Source: Squalus acanthias (taxonomy: Eukaryota). Taken from it: a stretch of DNA of 64,000 bases. Positions 51,925 to 64,000 of the stretch are shown piece by piece. The stretch spans positions 48,858,001 through 48,922,000 of the forward strand of contig CM059432.1 of the NCBI GenBank assembly GCA_030390025.1, written 5' to 3'. The notes under the pieces are model-generated. The model saw nothing but the letters and a program-made list of their open reading frames with translations. It was not told the origin of the DNA and did no database searches. Positions within the stretch are counted from its first letter, which is position 1. The number at the start of each line of letters is the position of its first letter. The position numbers and the translations under genes were made by a program.

Positions 51925-53045
51925 GGCAGACTGGTCAGAAAAGTAAAAGCCCATGGGGTCCAAGGAAAAGTGGCAAGTTGGATCCAAAATTGGCTCAGTG
52001 GCAGGAAGCAAAGGGTAATGGTCGAAGGGTGTTTTTGTGACTGGAAGGCTGTTACCAGTGGGGTTTTGCAGGGCTCAGTACTAGGTCCCTTGCTTTTTGT
52101 GATATATATCAATGATTTAGACTTCAATGCAGGGGGCATGATTAAGAAGTTTGCAGATAATAAAAAAATTGTCCGTGTGGTTGATAGTGAGGAAGAAAGC
52201 TGTAGACTGCAGGAAGATATCAATGGACTGGTCAGGTGGGCAGAAAAGTGGCAAATGGAATTCAATCTGGAGAAGTGTGAGATAATGCACTTGGGGAGGG
52301 CAAACAAGGCAAGAGAATAAATTGTAGGATACTGAGAAGTGTAAAGGAACAGAGGGACCTTGGAGTGCATGTCCACAGATCCCTGAAAGTAGCAGGACAG
52401 GTAGGTAAGGTGGTTAAGAAGGCATACGGGATACTTTCCTTTATTAGCCAAGGCATAGAATATAAGAGCAGTGAGGTTATGCTTGAACTGTATAAAAGAC
52501 TAATTAGGCCACAGCTAGAGTACTGCGTACAGTTCTGGTCACCACATTACAGGAAAGATGTGATTTCACTAGAGAGGGTGCAGAGGAGATTTATGAGGAT
52601 GTTGCCAGGACTGGAGAATTTTAGCTATGAGGAAAGATTGGATAGGCTGGGGTTGTTTTCTTTGGAACAGAGGAGGCTGAGGAGAGACTTAATTTAGGTG
52701 TATAAATTTATGAGGGGCCTAGATAGAGTGGATAGGAAGGACCTATTTCCCTTATCAGAGAGGTCAATAACCAGGTGGCATAGATTTATAGTTATTGGTA
52801 GAAGGATTAGAGGGGAGTTGAGGAGAACTTTTTTCACCCAGAGGGTGGTGGGGGTCTGGAACTCACTGCCTGAAAGGGTGGTAGAGGCAGAAACCCTCAT
52901 CACATTTAAAAAGTACTTGGATATGCACTTGAAGTGCTGTAACCTACAAGGCTATGGACCAAGAGCTGAGATTAGGCTCGATAGCTCTTTTTCGGCCGGC
53001 ACAGACACGATGGGCCGAATGGCCTCTTTCTGTGCTGTAAATTTC
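51925..53045 (+). mobile_element. CR1 LINE 3' fragment
   Basis: WIQNWLSGRKQRV, QGSVLGPLLF, KFAD, EYCVQFWSPH, RRTFFTQRVV. Confidence 0.92.
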
Positions 53046-53719
53046 TATATGATGATATTTCTGTGGCGCAAAGTGAAACGGTGGACGAATCTCACCATTG
53101 TGTGCATTGCTTTCAACCGAGAGGTGACATTCAACTATAATCACGCTCACAATAATGCAATATGCTATGACTCTACTAATATTATTGAACCCATGTTGCA
53201 ATGTCCTTGTGTATCTTATATAAGGGATTAAGTTCTCCTTCTTACAAGTTTTGGGACTATGGTAAAGGATTTACACCTATGTATTTTGGCTGATGTTTTC
53301 TTTTTGCCTAGGTTGACCATTTGAGGAGACAGCTTACCACTGCCAGGTTTTTACTGTGTATTTATACTAAATGCCTTTTTCCTATCTTTTTCCTACCTGT
53401 GCAGGGTGGAAAAACAAATAATTTTCATAGGTCAAATTGTTCATTTGTGTTAGACAAGGTGCTTGTTTTAAATCCTTACTTTTACTACCAGTGGTAAAAC
53501 GTTTCCACACTTGGACTTGGAGGAATTTCCCCCACAGAGCGTCCCATGGAGACCCCTGAGTGGGAAGGCACCCCTTGGCTTCCGCTCTTAGTAAAAATCC
53601 ACCCTTTAGTGTTGTTGTGGCTGATACAGTGGTGAAAGAAAACAGATTTTTAATCCTTTTTTAGATGATTAAAAATCTGCCTATACTTTGTTTCTATGCA
53701 TAACCATGACAACTGAGGG

Positions 53720-54110
53720 TTGGTGAAGGTAGTGCAGTAGATACTGTATATATGAACTTTCAAAAAGCATTTGATAAAGTATTAAATGGACGGTGGTAAC
53801 CTGGTACAAAATTGGCTAAGGGATAGGAGGCAGAGCGTGGTGGTGAATGAATGTTTTTCTGACTGTACTGGAGAGAAGTATGCATTGGAGTCCCCTAGGG
53901 GTCAATATTAGGACCATTGCTTTTCTTGTATATAAATTACCTGGACTTGGTTATAGGGAGTGCAATTTTGAAATTGGCAAATGATACAAAACTTGGCAAC
54001 ATAGTGAGCATGACAGTAGCAGACTTCAGGAGGACATACAGACTGTTGAAATGGACAGATACATGGCAGATGCAATTTAATGCCGATAAGTGTGAAGTGA
54101 TGTGCTTTTA
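53720..54110 (+). mobile_element. Degraded CR1 RT fragment
   Basis: VDTVYMNFQKAFDK, GVP.GSILGP, KLANDTKLG. Confidence 0.75.
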
Positions 54111-55677
54111 TGAAGGATATTTCCATCTGCTCGGTGTGCTACCTTCAGTCAGACAACTCTTTTCAGATCCTTCTCATTCTACTATATCCTTAAGTTATAG
54201 AAACAGAGTTTTGCTTTTTTCACTTATTTATTCTAGAGATGTGGGCGATACCGGCAAGGCAACATTTGTTGGCAATCCCTAGTGGCCTTGAAAGGGCAGT
54301 GGTGGGCCTTCTCCTTAATCCGCTACAGTCCTTGTGATGATAATAGCATTCCCATAAATGGTGGTGTTCAGTGGGGGATTTTGACACAACAAAAAAAATG
54401 AAGGGACATCAAAAGATGTCCAAGTCAAGTTGGTGTCCATCTTGGAGGAGAACTTGGAGGCGGGGGGGGGGGAGGGGTGGTGCTCCCATGATGATGCTGC
54501 GCTTGCTCTCCTTGGTGATAAAGGTCACGAGGATGTGAGGTGTTGTTGAAGTAAGCTTGGCGAGTTGCTGTAGATACTACAGCCACAATGTGCAGCAAAT
54601 TATTGGTTATTCCCAAGATCAGCATTAGCTCAGACAAACCAACACTTACACTGAGTCTGGGACTTTTTTAATACAAAATTGTAGTACTTGAGCAGCAATG
54701 CATCCAAATGTGATAATATTGAAAATTGCTGGAATTGTTGCAGGATGTTACACCATCAAATTGTTTGACCTAATTAAAAGGGGATATTTTGATTACTTTT
54801 TGTTGTGACTCCTGCCCAGACTTTGTTATCCTGAAGAGATAGAGGTAAAGCAGGAGATACAATTATCTGTCTCCACGCTTCAATTTTAAATTTTTTGCTT
54901 GAGTTAGGTTTCATGACTGTGCAGCTTCCTTGTTGGTTTTCCCAATACCCAACTCCCAGCGGAAACTAAACCACACACATTAAGGAAACTGCTGGTGGCT
55001 TATTTCCAGTCAAGGTAGTAAATTAACATAATTTGGATCTAATTCGCCATTGCAGAGCTTACATACTACCCGTGATCAATAAACAGGCAAAAATACGGAA
55101 GTAAAATCATGTTTACAGCCCAGGAGCAGAGGTGATGAAATCAGGGTTAAAAAGAGGAAAGTTTCTGCATTATGTCTTTTTGTCTTCCCCCCCTCTCCCA
55201 AGTTAGATTAAGTAGACAGGGTAAAAGTAATTTAAAATTGGCTTCAAAAACCTCTATCTTAAAAAGAGTCCATTTGTCTCTGTGCCTGGAGAATAGCCTG
55301 TACATGAAACTAAACTGATTCATCCATATTTTCAATGAGACTTGGCTAGCCTTAGCTGGTACTCAAACTAATTAGGTCAAGGTTGCTTGGTGACAGGGCA
55401 GTTATTGAAATGTTATGCATGTAAGTTTGAAGACTGAAAAAGTAGATGAATTAATTGCCTTGACATTTCTTGAATTGGAGAAGGAGCAAAGCTTGTTTTC
55501 CTCTGGTTAGGGTGGGGGGTGGTGGGGTGGGGGGGGTGCGGGGGTGGCCCAGCGATTTTGGCCAGACCCCTAATCCACTGGGCTTTGACCCAGTTTCGAC
55601 TAACCCATTAAATTCTGGTAGGCAGGCTGACTGTGGCTGATCTTATGTCAAGGAAGCATGTCTGAGGGTTGAAATAA

Positions 55678-55775
55678 CAACAGAATGTGCTGGAAACACT
55701 CAGCAGGTCAGGCAGCATCGAGGAGAGGAGAAACAGAGTCAACTTTTCGGGTCGAACCCTGCATCAGAACGGAGG
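55678..55775 (-). mobile_element. Penelope pseudo-LTR fragment with decayed hammerhead
   Basis: Minus strand gttCTGATGCagggttcgacccGAAAagttgac followed by gatgctgcctgacctgctgagt. Confidence 0.65.
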
Positions 55776-57469
55776 GTTTCCTGGACTTCCTTAGGAAACT
55801 CAATCTTCAACAGCTTCTGTGGGCCTCTGTGGATCTCATACTAGCCAAGAGCTGGCGTGAGTCCCAATGAGGCCTGTAAAAGGCACTTGTGCTAGTGGAG
55901 CAGAACCCCTGGCATTTCTGCGCCATTATCTCTAATGACTGATCCATCAAGGGTTATACTTGAGTGGATGATAGTTAATGTCTCAACATTAACACCTGTG
56001 ACATTAAAGGCTTATTTTGACATAAAGATACTGTCCCAGCTGTTCAGTTCTCATGAAGCTGGGTGAGAATTTTGTATTGCACATATACAAATATTGCTTC
56101 AGGGAGTCTATGAAAGCTATTTCAGCCAAAAATCTTGCAGATTATCAAACTGTGCAAGAAGTATGTCCTAAACAGGATACTTTAACCCCTTGTGGACTGA
56201 TTCTATCATCCTTTTCAAAGTATTTGCACCATCATCAAATTGCTGTCTCTTCCTGCTTCAGGGTATTAATTTATTTGTGAATATATCTATTAGTTTTAGC
56301 CTGAATGTTAATAATCTGACAATGTAATTTAATATGAAAGTGTAATTTAATGCCATTCAGAGCAAACTGAAAAATGTGGGACCCTACCTGATCTTTGGTG
56401 CAATGCGCTTTAGTTAAAATGGTAAATATTAATCCTGTGACATACTATCCTACTCACTGCATGCATAAAAAAGGTACAGATTTTTGCTCATAGGAGACTT
56501 GGTCTACTTATGGAAGCTGCCTCTTTTGCTGTGAACACAAGTTAATAGCGTTAATTGAAAGGCTGAATTGCAATAATAAATATCTGCAATCTGCATACAA
56601 CCAACAAACAGTGCATCACTGTCTCCGTGTTTTCTTCCACTGCACTTTCTTCCTCTGATTCCCACTCTGTATTCCTTTTTGCTCTGTTCTGTTAGCTCTG
56701 TAGTGTACCTGGCACCAATGTTCATTTTGTGCTCTCACCAACCTTTTCTTCAATCACGAGTTGCCCTAAATCCTCTAACATTTACTAGAGTGCATGCTAC
56801 AAGCAATGCTCTAAAATATTTTCAAGTTGCTATTGCTGCTTTTCGCAAGGTTCTCAACACCTGCTATGAATTGATGAGAATACAGACCAGACAGGTCTCT
56901 GGTATTTGCTGTGTTAACTGACCTCAGGTTGGGAATGTTGGAGACAGAACATTGCCTTCGGTGTGCCAAGCTAACTAAACATAGCTATGTATGTTTGAAC
57001 ATGAAGAATCACCACTTGGTTAAGGTAGCAAAGGACTGGCGTTTTTTTTCCTGAACTGTACCCGAGCATGAGTCACTGTGCTTGGGAGAGGTGGGGGGAA
57101 AAAAAGGGGAAAAGTTGGAAAGTACGTGAGCTGGTGAACTGAGAATCTGAGGAGTGTGACAAAGGGATTGATATGTGGCAATGAGAGGCACAACAATTTA
57201 GAAGGAGATCAAAAGAAAACGGTTGGTATTAAAGAACGTATACTTTGGTAAGGTGCTAGAGGGTTGCACACTCCTCCACCATATGTCACTATCTTCAGGA
57301 AATAAAGAGAGAAAAAGTAATCGAGGTTGTGTCTGTAAATGGGCCAGAACGTTTTGTAAAATCTTACTTTCACAATTTTCCCTCTGCCCCTCACCAAAAG
57401 GCATTGGCTACTTCTGTGTGTGTTAGTTATTCTCTAATACTTTGACCAACTGGCCATTCTTCATATGTC

Positions 57470-57750
57470 ATCCTTGGCAGTAAGTGCCAACAGGCTATTT
57501 GATTATATGGAGCATCACAGTAAATTCCAATATTGTCCTCAGCCGACATCCTGCACAAGCACTTTCAACAGGAATTACTGGACACCAATGAGGAATGGAA
57601 ACCCTGGCTGGTTTCCCAAGAGTGGAGACTAATTGTAGCTATCACCCTGTCCCCCTGCTAAGATCACCTAACATAGCATAGACCAGGAATCAAACCTGGA
57701 GTCTTGCTGTTCTATATGGAAGAGCTACTTACCAATCCATCAACAGAGCC
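57470..57750 (-). mobile_element. Old tRNA-derived SINE, probably DeuSINE/SacSINE-like
   Basis: Minus-strand B-box-like GGTTTGATTCC followed by tgctatgttaggtgatcttagc; family assignment from memory. Confidence 0.5.
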
Positions 57751-59272
57751 ATCAGAAATTCATTCAACCACAGAAATGCTGTGGAATCCTAGCTCTTTCT
57801 AGCTGAATACATGAAACAAAGTAAACAAATGATGCATTCTAAAAAACATCAGCCCCTGGAGCTTTCAGATGTGCGTGCATAATTTTACTAATATTGAAAC
57901 TAATTAGCTGCTTCAAACAGGAATCACTGAACAAGAGTGCTGATTTAAAAAATCAGTAATGAAGCAGCTGTAGCATGCCGAGCTGGAGTGCTAACCCTAA
58001 AACAGTGCAAAGTGATTGAAATGCCAGAGAGTTTCTCATTGCAATAGGCACAATTCTGCAGTTAAAATTCTGGTCCAAACCACTTACCATATAAATGCGT
58101 GTCACTGCACTTCAGTCTGCTCCAGGCTCAAAACATTTCTGTCTCATGCCTATGTGTAGTATGAGTTTTATGAATTATTAACAGTTAAGGGCCAAAACCA
58201 TTAGCACTAGTTTGACATGTAGATATTAGATGGCAGGTACAGAGTTTGTATTATATCTACAAATTTTAAAAACATTTAAATTATACTTGTTATGGCAATG
58301 GAATTGTTATGGAAAAAGTAAATAAAAGTATATTTAACATTATATTATATCTATATAAATATATGTATATAATTATGTACAAAACGTTAGAGACCTGTCC
58401 ATCTCACTTCAGGTATCACACGTTCAAATTTGTCACTCATTAAAGAAACTATTTAAAAAAAACAGAAAGCCAGTCATTTCTGTTGGTTTTCTTCTCACCT
58501 TGTACTAGAACCAGGGATTATACAAGAAGCTGCAAATCTAGAGAATCATTTAACCTCGAATTGACTTTAGGATGTGCTTAACTGGAATTGTGCTTTAATT
58601 GACTCAGGTTGTACCTATTTACTGCAGTCAGACCTTGTGCCCTTAAAGGGATACACCCTTTACCAGCAGAGCAGCATGTTGTTCATTACATGGTGCACTG
58701 CTTCTATCCTTACAAAAGTGCATAACCCCAAATTTCCATGAACACAGGGAAGATGTGCTTTCATATTTATACATTTCTGCTATTCCATCGTGCTGCAAAT
58801 CACAATTCAATTGGCAGAGCTCCTGTGGCACGTCTTTGGGGGAATCGCTTTATAACAATAGTGTTATAAAAAAGTGTGCTGGAGAATGTTACAAGAAGCA
58901 AGTGTGACACTTACAGGAAGTGCATGCTATATGCAAGATTTTTAATATATTACAGATGAGAATCAATATTGAATTCTTCCCCTTCAAATTTACAGACTGT
59001 TTATACGTGTGACACTTTGAAGTATGTTGTATGCTTATCCAGGAATGAGTAATATTGAGATGCTAGGTACAAGGCTTTTAAGTATACATTCTATTTATGA
59101 CCTTGGAAATATGTTATTGAAGGAAATTTATTTTGTAGCCTGAAGACTATCAGTTGAAATTGTTCCTCGACGTGACTCTTTCCTTGTAATATCATTCCTC
59201 GCTACCACTGAACAATGGCAGATGAGATTTTTCAGTCATATTAATTACAGTATTGAAAACCAGTGAGAAATA

Positions 59273-59385
59273 GTTGCTATGGAAACAGTCACGTGGTTAT
59301 CACATTCCAACGAACAGACAGACAGACCCATAATTTTACACATACATGCTTGCAAAGGACCAGACGTGGGTCTAGGTTAGCCAAT
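59273..59385. promoter_or_regulatory. Cluster of RFX X-box, E-box and CCAAT box
   Basis: GTTGCTATGGAAAC (59273-59286), CACGTG (59290-59295), AGCCAATCA (59379-59387) in non-repetitive sequence; function untested. Confidence 0.4.
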
Positions 59386-59969
59386 CACACATCTAAAAAG
59401 TTTATTGTGCAGGAAATAAAGTGATTTAATACATATATAACTATGCTTGATGGAACAGCTGGTCTTTTCCTGCCCATCAATTTTGTATTTTCGTAAAAAG
59501 AAACTATGGAATTGCTGTGTTTGCTTAACATAGGCTGGTTATTATTCTTCGCAGGAAGTTAATAGGTTACTTAATGCCCATTTAGCATTGGTGCACTTTG
59601 TGATCCTGACCATAGCAGAGAAATTAAATTATCTAAATAACTGTCTGGTAATGTTTCAGGCAAAAATTAAGCAGTGGAGAGATAAAGAAAGTTCAGCTCA
59701 GCAGATAAGTAGATCAGATCAGGATTTATCATGGGAAATTTAAATCTTGGAAACCCACTCCCACCCCCTCCAAATGACCTTTGAAAGCATGGTTCAAATT
59801 CTGCCTCAATGAGGGCAAAGACTCCAGCCAGGTTGGAAAACTGATGGGCTGCTGATAAGAATATGATCAACTTGACTGTTATGCATCTGTTTAACTTGGC
59901 TCTGGACCAATACAGTAATGGTTTATAGGTCCCTGGTAATCATTTGACTATTTATTGCTACACCGGGTG

Positions 59970-62900
59970 TGTGATCGGGAGAGGGAGGGGGCAGTGTGAT
60001 TGTGTGATTGGCTAACCTAGACCCACGCCTGGACCTTTGCAAGCATGTATGTGTAAAATTATGGGTCTGTCTGTCTGTTCGTTGGAATGTGATAACCACG
60101 TAACTGTTTCCATAGCAACTATTTCTCACTGGTTTTCAATATTGTATACCAGGGAGGGGGCGTGATCAGGAGAGGGATGGACTTTGATCAAGAGAGGAAG
60201 GGGCAGTGATTGGGAGATTGAGGGGTCAGTGATCGGGAGAGGGGTTGGGCAGTGATCGGGAGAGGGAGGGGGCAGTGATCGAGAGAGAGATTGGGCAGTG
60301 ATCGGGGGAGGGAGGGGCAGTGATCGGGGAGGGGGGGCAGTGATCGGGAGAGAAGGGGCAGTGATCGGGAGAGGCAGGGGCAGTGAACGGGAGAGGGAGC
60401 GGGCAGTGATCGGGAGAGGGAGGTGGCAGTGATCGGGAGAAGGAGGGGGCAGTGATCGGGAGGGGGGGGGGCCGTGATCGGGAGAGAAGGGGCAGTGATC
60501 GGGAGAGGGAGGGGCAGTGAACGGGAGAGGGAGGTGGCAGTGATCGGGAGAGGGAGGGGGCAGTGATCGGGAGAGGGAGGGGGCAGTGATCGGGAGAGGG
60601 AGGGAGCAGTGACCGGGTGTGGGAGGGAGCAGTGATCGGGAGGGGGGGCAGTGATCGGGAGAGGGAGGGGCAGTGATCGGGATAGGGAGGGGTCAGTGAT
60701 CGGGAGGGGGGGGCAGTAATCGGGAAAGGGAGGGGGCAGTGATCGGGAGGGGGGGCAGGGATCGGGAGAGGGAGGGGGCAGTGATCGGGAGAGGGAGGGG
60801 GCAGAGATCGGGAGGAGGGGGCAGAGATCGGGAGAGGGAGGGGCAGTGATCGGGAGAGGGAGGGGCAGTGATCGGGAGAGGGAGGGGCGGTGATCGGGAG
60901 AGGGAGGGGCGGTGATCGGGAGAGGGAGGGGACAGTGATCGGGAGAGGGCGGGGCAGTGATCGGAGAGGGAGGGGCAATGATCGGGAGAGGAATTGGCAG
61001 TAATCGGGAGAGGGAGGGGCAGTGATTGGGATAGTGAGGGTGCAGTGATCGGGAGAGGGAGGGGGCAGTTCTCAGGAGAGGGAGGGGGCAGTGATCGGGA
61101 GTGGGAGGGGGCTGTGATCGGGAGAGGGAGGGGGCAGTGATCGGGAGAGGGAGGGGGCAGTGATCGGGAGAGGGAGGGCACAGTGATCGGGATAGGGAGG
61201 GTGCAGTGATCAGGATAGTGAGGGTGCAGTGATCGGGAGAGGGAGGGGGCAGTGATCGGGAGAGGGAGGGGGCAGAGATCGGGAGAAGGAGGGGGCAGTG
61301 ATCGGGAGAGGGAGAGGCAGTGATCGGGAGAGGGAGGGGGCAGGGATCGGGAGAGGGAGGGGACAGTGATCGGGAGAGGGAGGGGACAGTGATCGGGAGA
61401 GGGAGGGGACAGTGATCGGGAGAGGGCGGGGCAGTGATCGGAGAGGGAGGGGCAATGATCGGGAGAGGAATTGGCAGTAATCGGGAGAGGGAGAGGCAGT
61501 GATCGGGAGAGGGAGGGGCGGTGATCGGGAGAGGGAGGGGACAGTGATCGGGAGAGGGCGGGGCAGTGATCAGAGAGGGAGGGGCAATGATCGGGAGAGG
61601 AATTGGCAGTAATCGGGAGAGGGAGAGGCAGTGATCGGGAGAGGGAGGGGCAGTGATCGGGATAGGGAAGGGGCAGTGATCGGGATAGGGAAGGGGCAGT
61701 GATCGGGAGAGGGAGGGGCAGTGATCGGGATAGTGAGGGTGCAGTGATCGGGAGATGGAGGAGCAGTGATCGGGAGAAGGAGGGGGCAGTGATCAGGAGA
61801 GGGATGGGCAGTGATCAGGAAAGGGAGAGGCAGTAATCGTGAGAAGGAGTGGGCAGTGATCGGGAGAGGAAGGGGCAGTGATCGGGAGAGGGAGGGGCGG
61901 TGATCGGGAGAGGGAGGTGACAGTGATCGGGAGAGGGTGGGGGCAGTGATCAGGAGAGGGAGGGTCAGTGATCGGGAGAGGGAGGGGGCAGTGATCGGGA
62001 GAGGGAGGGGGCAGTGATCGGGAGAGGGAGGGGGCAGTGATCAGGAGAGGGAGAGGCAGTGATCGGGAGACGGAGGAGCAGTGATCGGGAGAAGGAAAGG
62101 GCAGTGATCGGGAGAGGGATGGGCAGTGATCAGGAAAGGGTGAGGCAGTGATCGGGAGAAGGAGTGGGCATGTGATCGGGAGAGGAAGGGGCAGTGATCG
62201 GGAGAGGGAGGGGCGGTGATCGGGAGAGGAAGGTGACAGTGATCGGGAGAGGGTGGGGGCAGTGATCAGGAGAGGGAGGGTCAGTGATCGGGAGAGGGAG
62301 GGGGCAGTGATCGGGAGAGGGAGGGGGCAGTGATTGGGAGATGGAGGGGGCAATGATCGGGAGAGGGAGGGGGCAGTGATCGGGAGAGGGAGGGGGCAGT
62401 GATTGGGAGATGGAGGGGCAGTGATCGGGATAGTGAGGGTGCAGTGATCGGGAGAGGGAGGGGGCAGAGATCGGGAGAAGGAGAGGCAGTGATTGGGAGA
62501 GGGAGAGGCAGTGATCGGGAGAGGGAGGGGGCAGTGATCTGGAGAGGGAGGGGGCAGAGATCGGGAGAAGGGGGCAGTGATCGGGAGAGGGAGGGGGCAG
62601 TGATCGGGAGAGGGAGGGGGCAGAGATCGGGAGAAGGGGGCAGTGATCGGGAGAGGGAGGGGGCAGTGATCGGGAGAGGGAGGGGGCAGTGATCGGGAGA
62701 AGGAGGGGGCAGTGATCGGGAGAGGGAGAGGCAGTGATCGGGAGAGGGAGGGGGCAGTGATCGGGAGAGGGAGGGGCGGTTATCGGGAGAGGGAGGGGCG
62801 GTGATCGGGAGAGGGAGGGGACAATGATCGGGAGAGGGAGGGAGCAGTGACCGGGAGTGGGAGGGAGCAGTGATCGGGAGGGGGGGCAGGATCGGGAGAG

Positions 62901-64000
62901 GGAGGGGGCAGTGATCGGGATAGGGAGGGGTCAGTGATCGGGAGGGGGGGCAGGGATCGGGAGAGGGAGGGGGCAGTGATCGGGAGAGGGAGGGGGCAGA
63001 GATCGGGAGGAGGGGGCAGAGATCGGGAGAGGGAGGGGCAGTGATCGGGAGAGGGAGGGGCAGTGATCGGGAGAGGGAGGGGCGGTGATCGGGAGAGGGA
63101 GGGGCGGTGATCGGGAGAGGGAGGGGACAGTGATCGGGAGAGGGCGGGGCAGTGATCGGAGAGGGAGGGGCAATGATCGGGAGAGGAATTGGCAGTAATC
63201 GGGAGAGGGAGGGGCAGTGATTGGGATAGTGAGGGTGCAGTGATCGGGAGAGGGAGGGGGCAGTTCTCAGGAGAGGGAGGGGGCAGTGATCGGGAGTGGG
63301 AGGGGGCTGTGATCGGGAGAGGGAGGGGGCAGTGATCGGGAGAGGGAGGGGGCAGTGATCGGGAGAGGGAGGGGACAGTGATCGGGATAGGGAGGGTGCA
63401 GTGATCAGGATAGTGAGGGTGCAGTGATCGGGAGAGGGAGGGGGCAGTGATCGGGAGAGGGAGGGGGCAGAGATCGGGAGAAGGAGGGGGCAGTGATCGG
63501 GAGAGGGAGAGGCAGTGATCGGGAGAGGGAGGGGGCAGGGATCGGGAGAGGGAGGGGACAGTGATCGGGAGAGGGAGGGGACAGTGATCGGGAGAGGGAG
63601 GGGACAGTGATCGGGAGAGGGCGGGGCAGTGATCGGAGAGGGAGGGGCAATGATCGGGAGAGGAATTGGCAGTAATCGGGAGAGGGAGAGGCAGTGATCG
63701 GGAGAGGGAGGGGCGGTGATTGGGAGAGGGAGGGGACAGTGATCGGGAGAGGGCGGGGCAGTGATCAGAGAGGGAGGGGCAATGATCGGGAGAGGAATTG
63801 GCAGTAATCGGGAGAGGGAGAGGCAGTGATCGGGAGAGGGAGGGGCAGTGATCGGGATAGGGAAGGGGCAGTGATCGGGATAGGGAAGGGGCAGTGATCG
63901 GGAGAGGGAGGGGCAGTGATCGGGATAGTGAGGGTGCAGTGATCGGGAGACGGAGGAGCAGTGATCGGGAGAAGGAGGGGGCAGTGATCAGGAGAGGGAT
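59970..64000 (+). repeat. G-rich minisatellite, unit about 22-23 bp (GCAGTGATCGGGAGAGGGAGGGG), runs off window
   Basis: Continuous tandem units from about 60150; one unit at 59970-59995 is separated by an inverted insert. The Pro/Ser-rich and Gly/Arg-rich ORFs here are by-products. Confidence 0.97.

Noticed and set aside
57198..57310. Minus-strand pyrimidine tract and AG before DSDIWWRS... or IVTYGGG...
   Set aside because: No good donor and no similarity to RALYL or any protein I recognise.
60226..63650. Long Pro/Ser/Leu-rich and Gly/Arg-rich ORFs
   Set aside because: Translations of the minisatellite, not genes.
60150..64000. Regular repeats superficially like a CRISPR array
   Set aside because: No unique spacers, no cas genes, vertebrate context.

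Overview
Repeat-dense vertebrate genomic DNA, almost certainly from a cartilaginous fish (shark-type HER1/CR1 LINEs, shark-type Penelope pseudo-LTRs). The only recognisable host coding sequence is one 76-nt minus-strand exon of the hnRNP-C-family gene RALYL (21952-22027), so most of the window is probably RALYL intron. The rest is CR1/HER1 and L2 LINE fragments (including a four-level nest at 32.1-39.9 kb), Penelope-like elements whose pseudo-LTRs carry minimal hammerhead ribozymes, many PIF/Harbinger-type MITEs and transposase remnants, a 1.13-kb solo LTR, a tRNA-derived SINE, and a G-rich ~23-bp minisatellite from 59.96 kb to the end. Most notable: ORF-less hairpin Penelope insertions built around hammerhead motifs with 11-13-bp TSDs; two different MITEs inserted at the hammerhead cleavage triplet; and a 146-bp inverted copy of an X-box/E-box/CCAAT module at the edge of the minisatellite. 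I found no convincing evidence of a wholly new protein-coding system. All calls are by eye, with no database searches.
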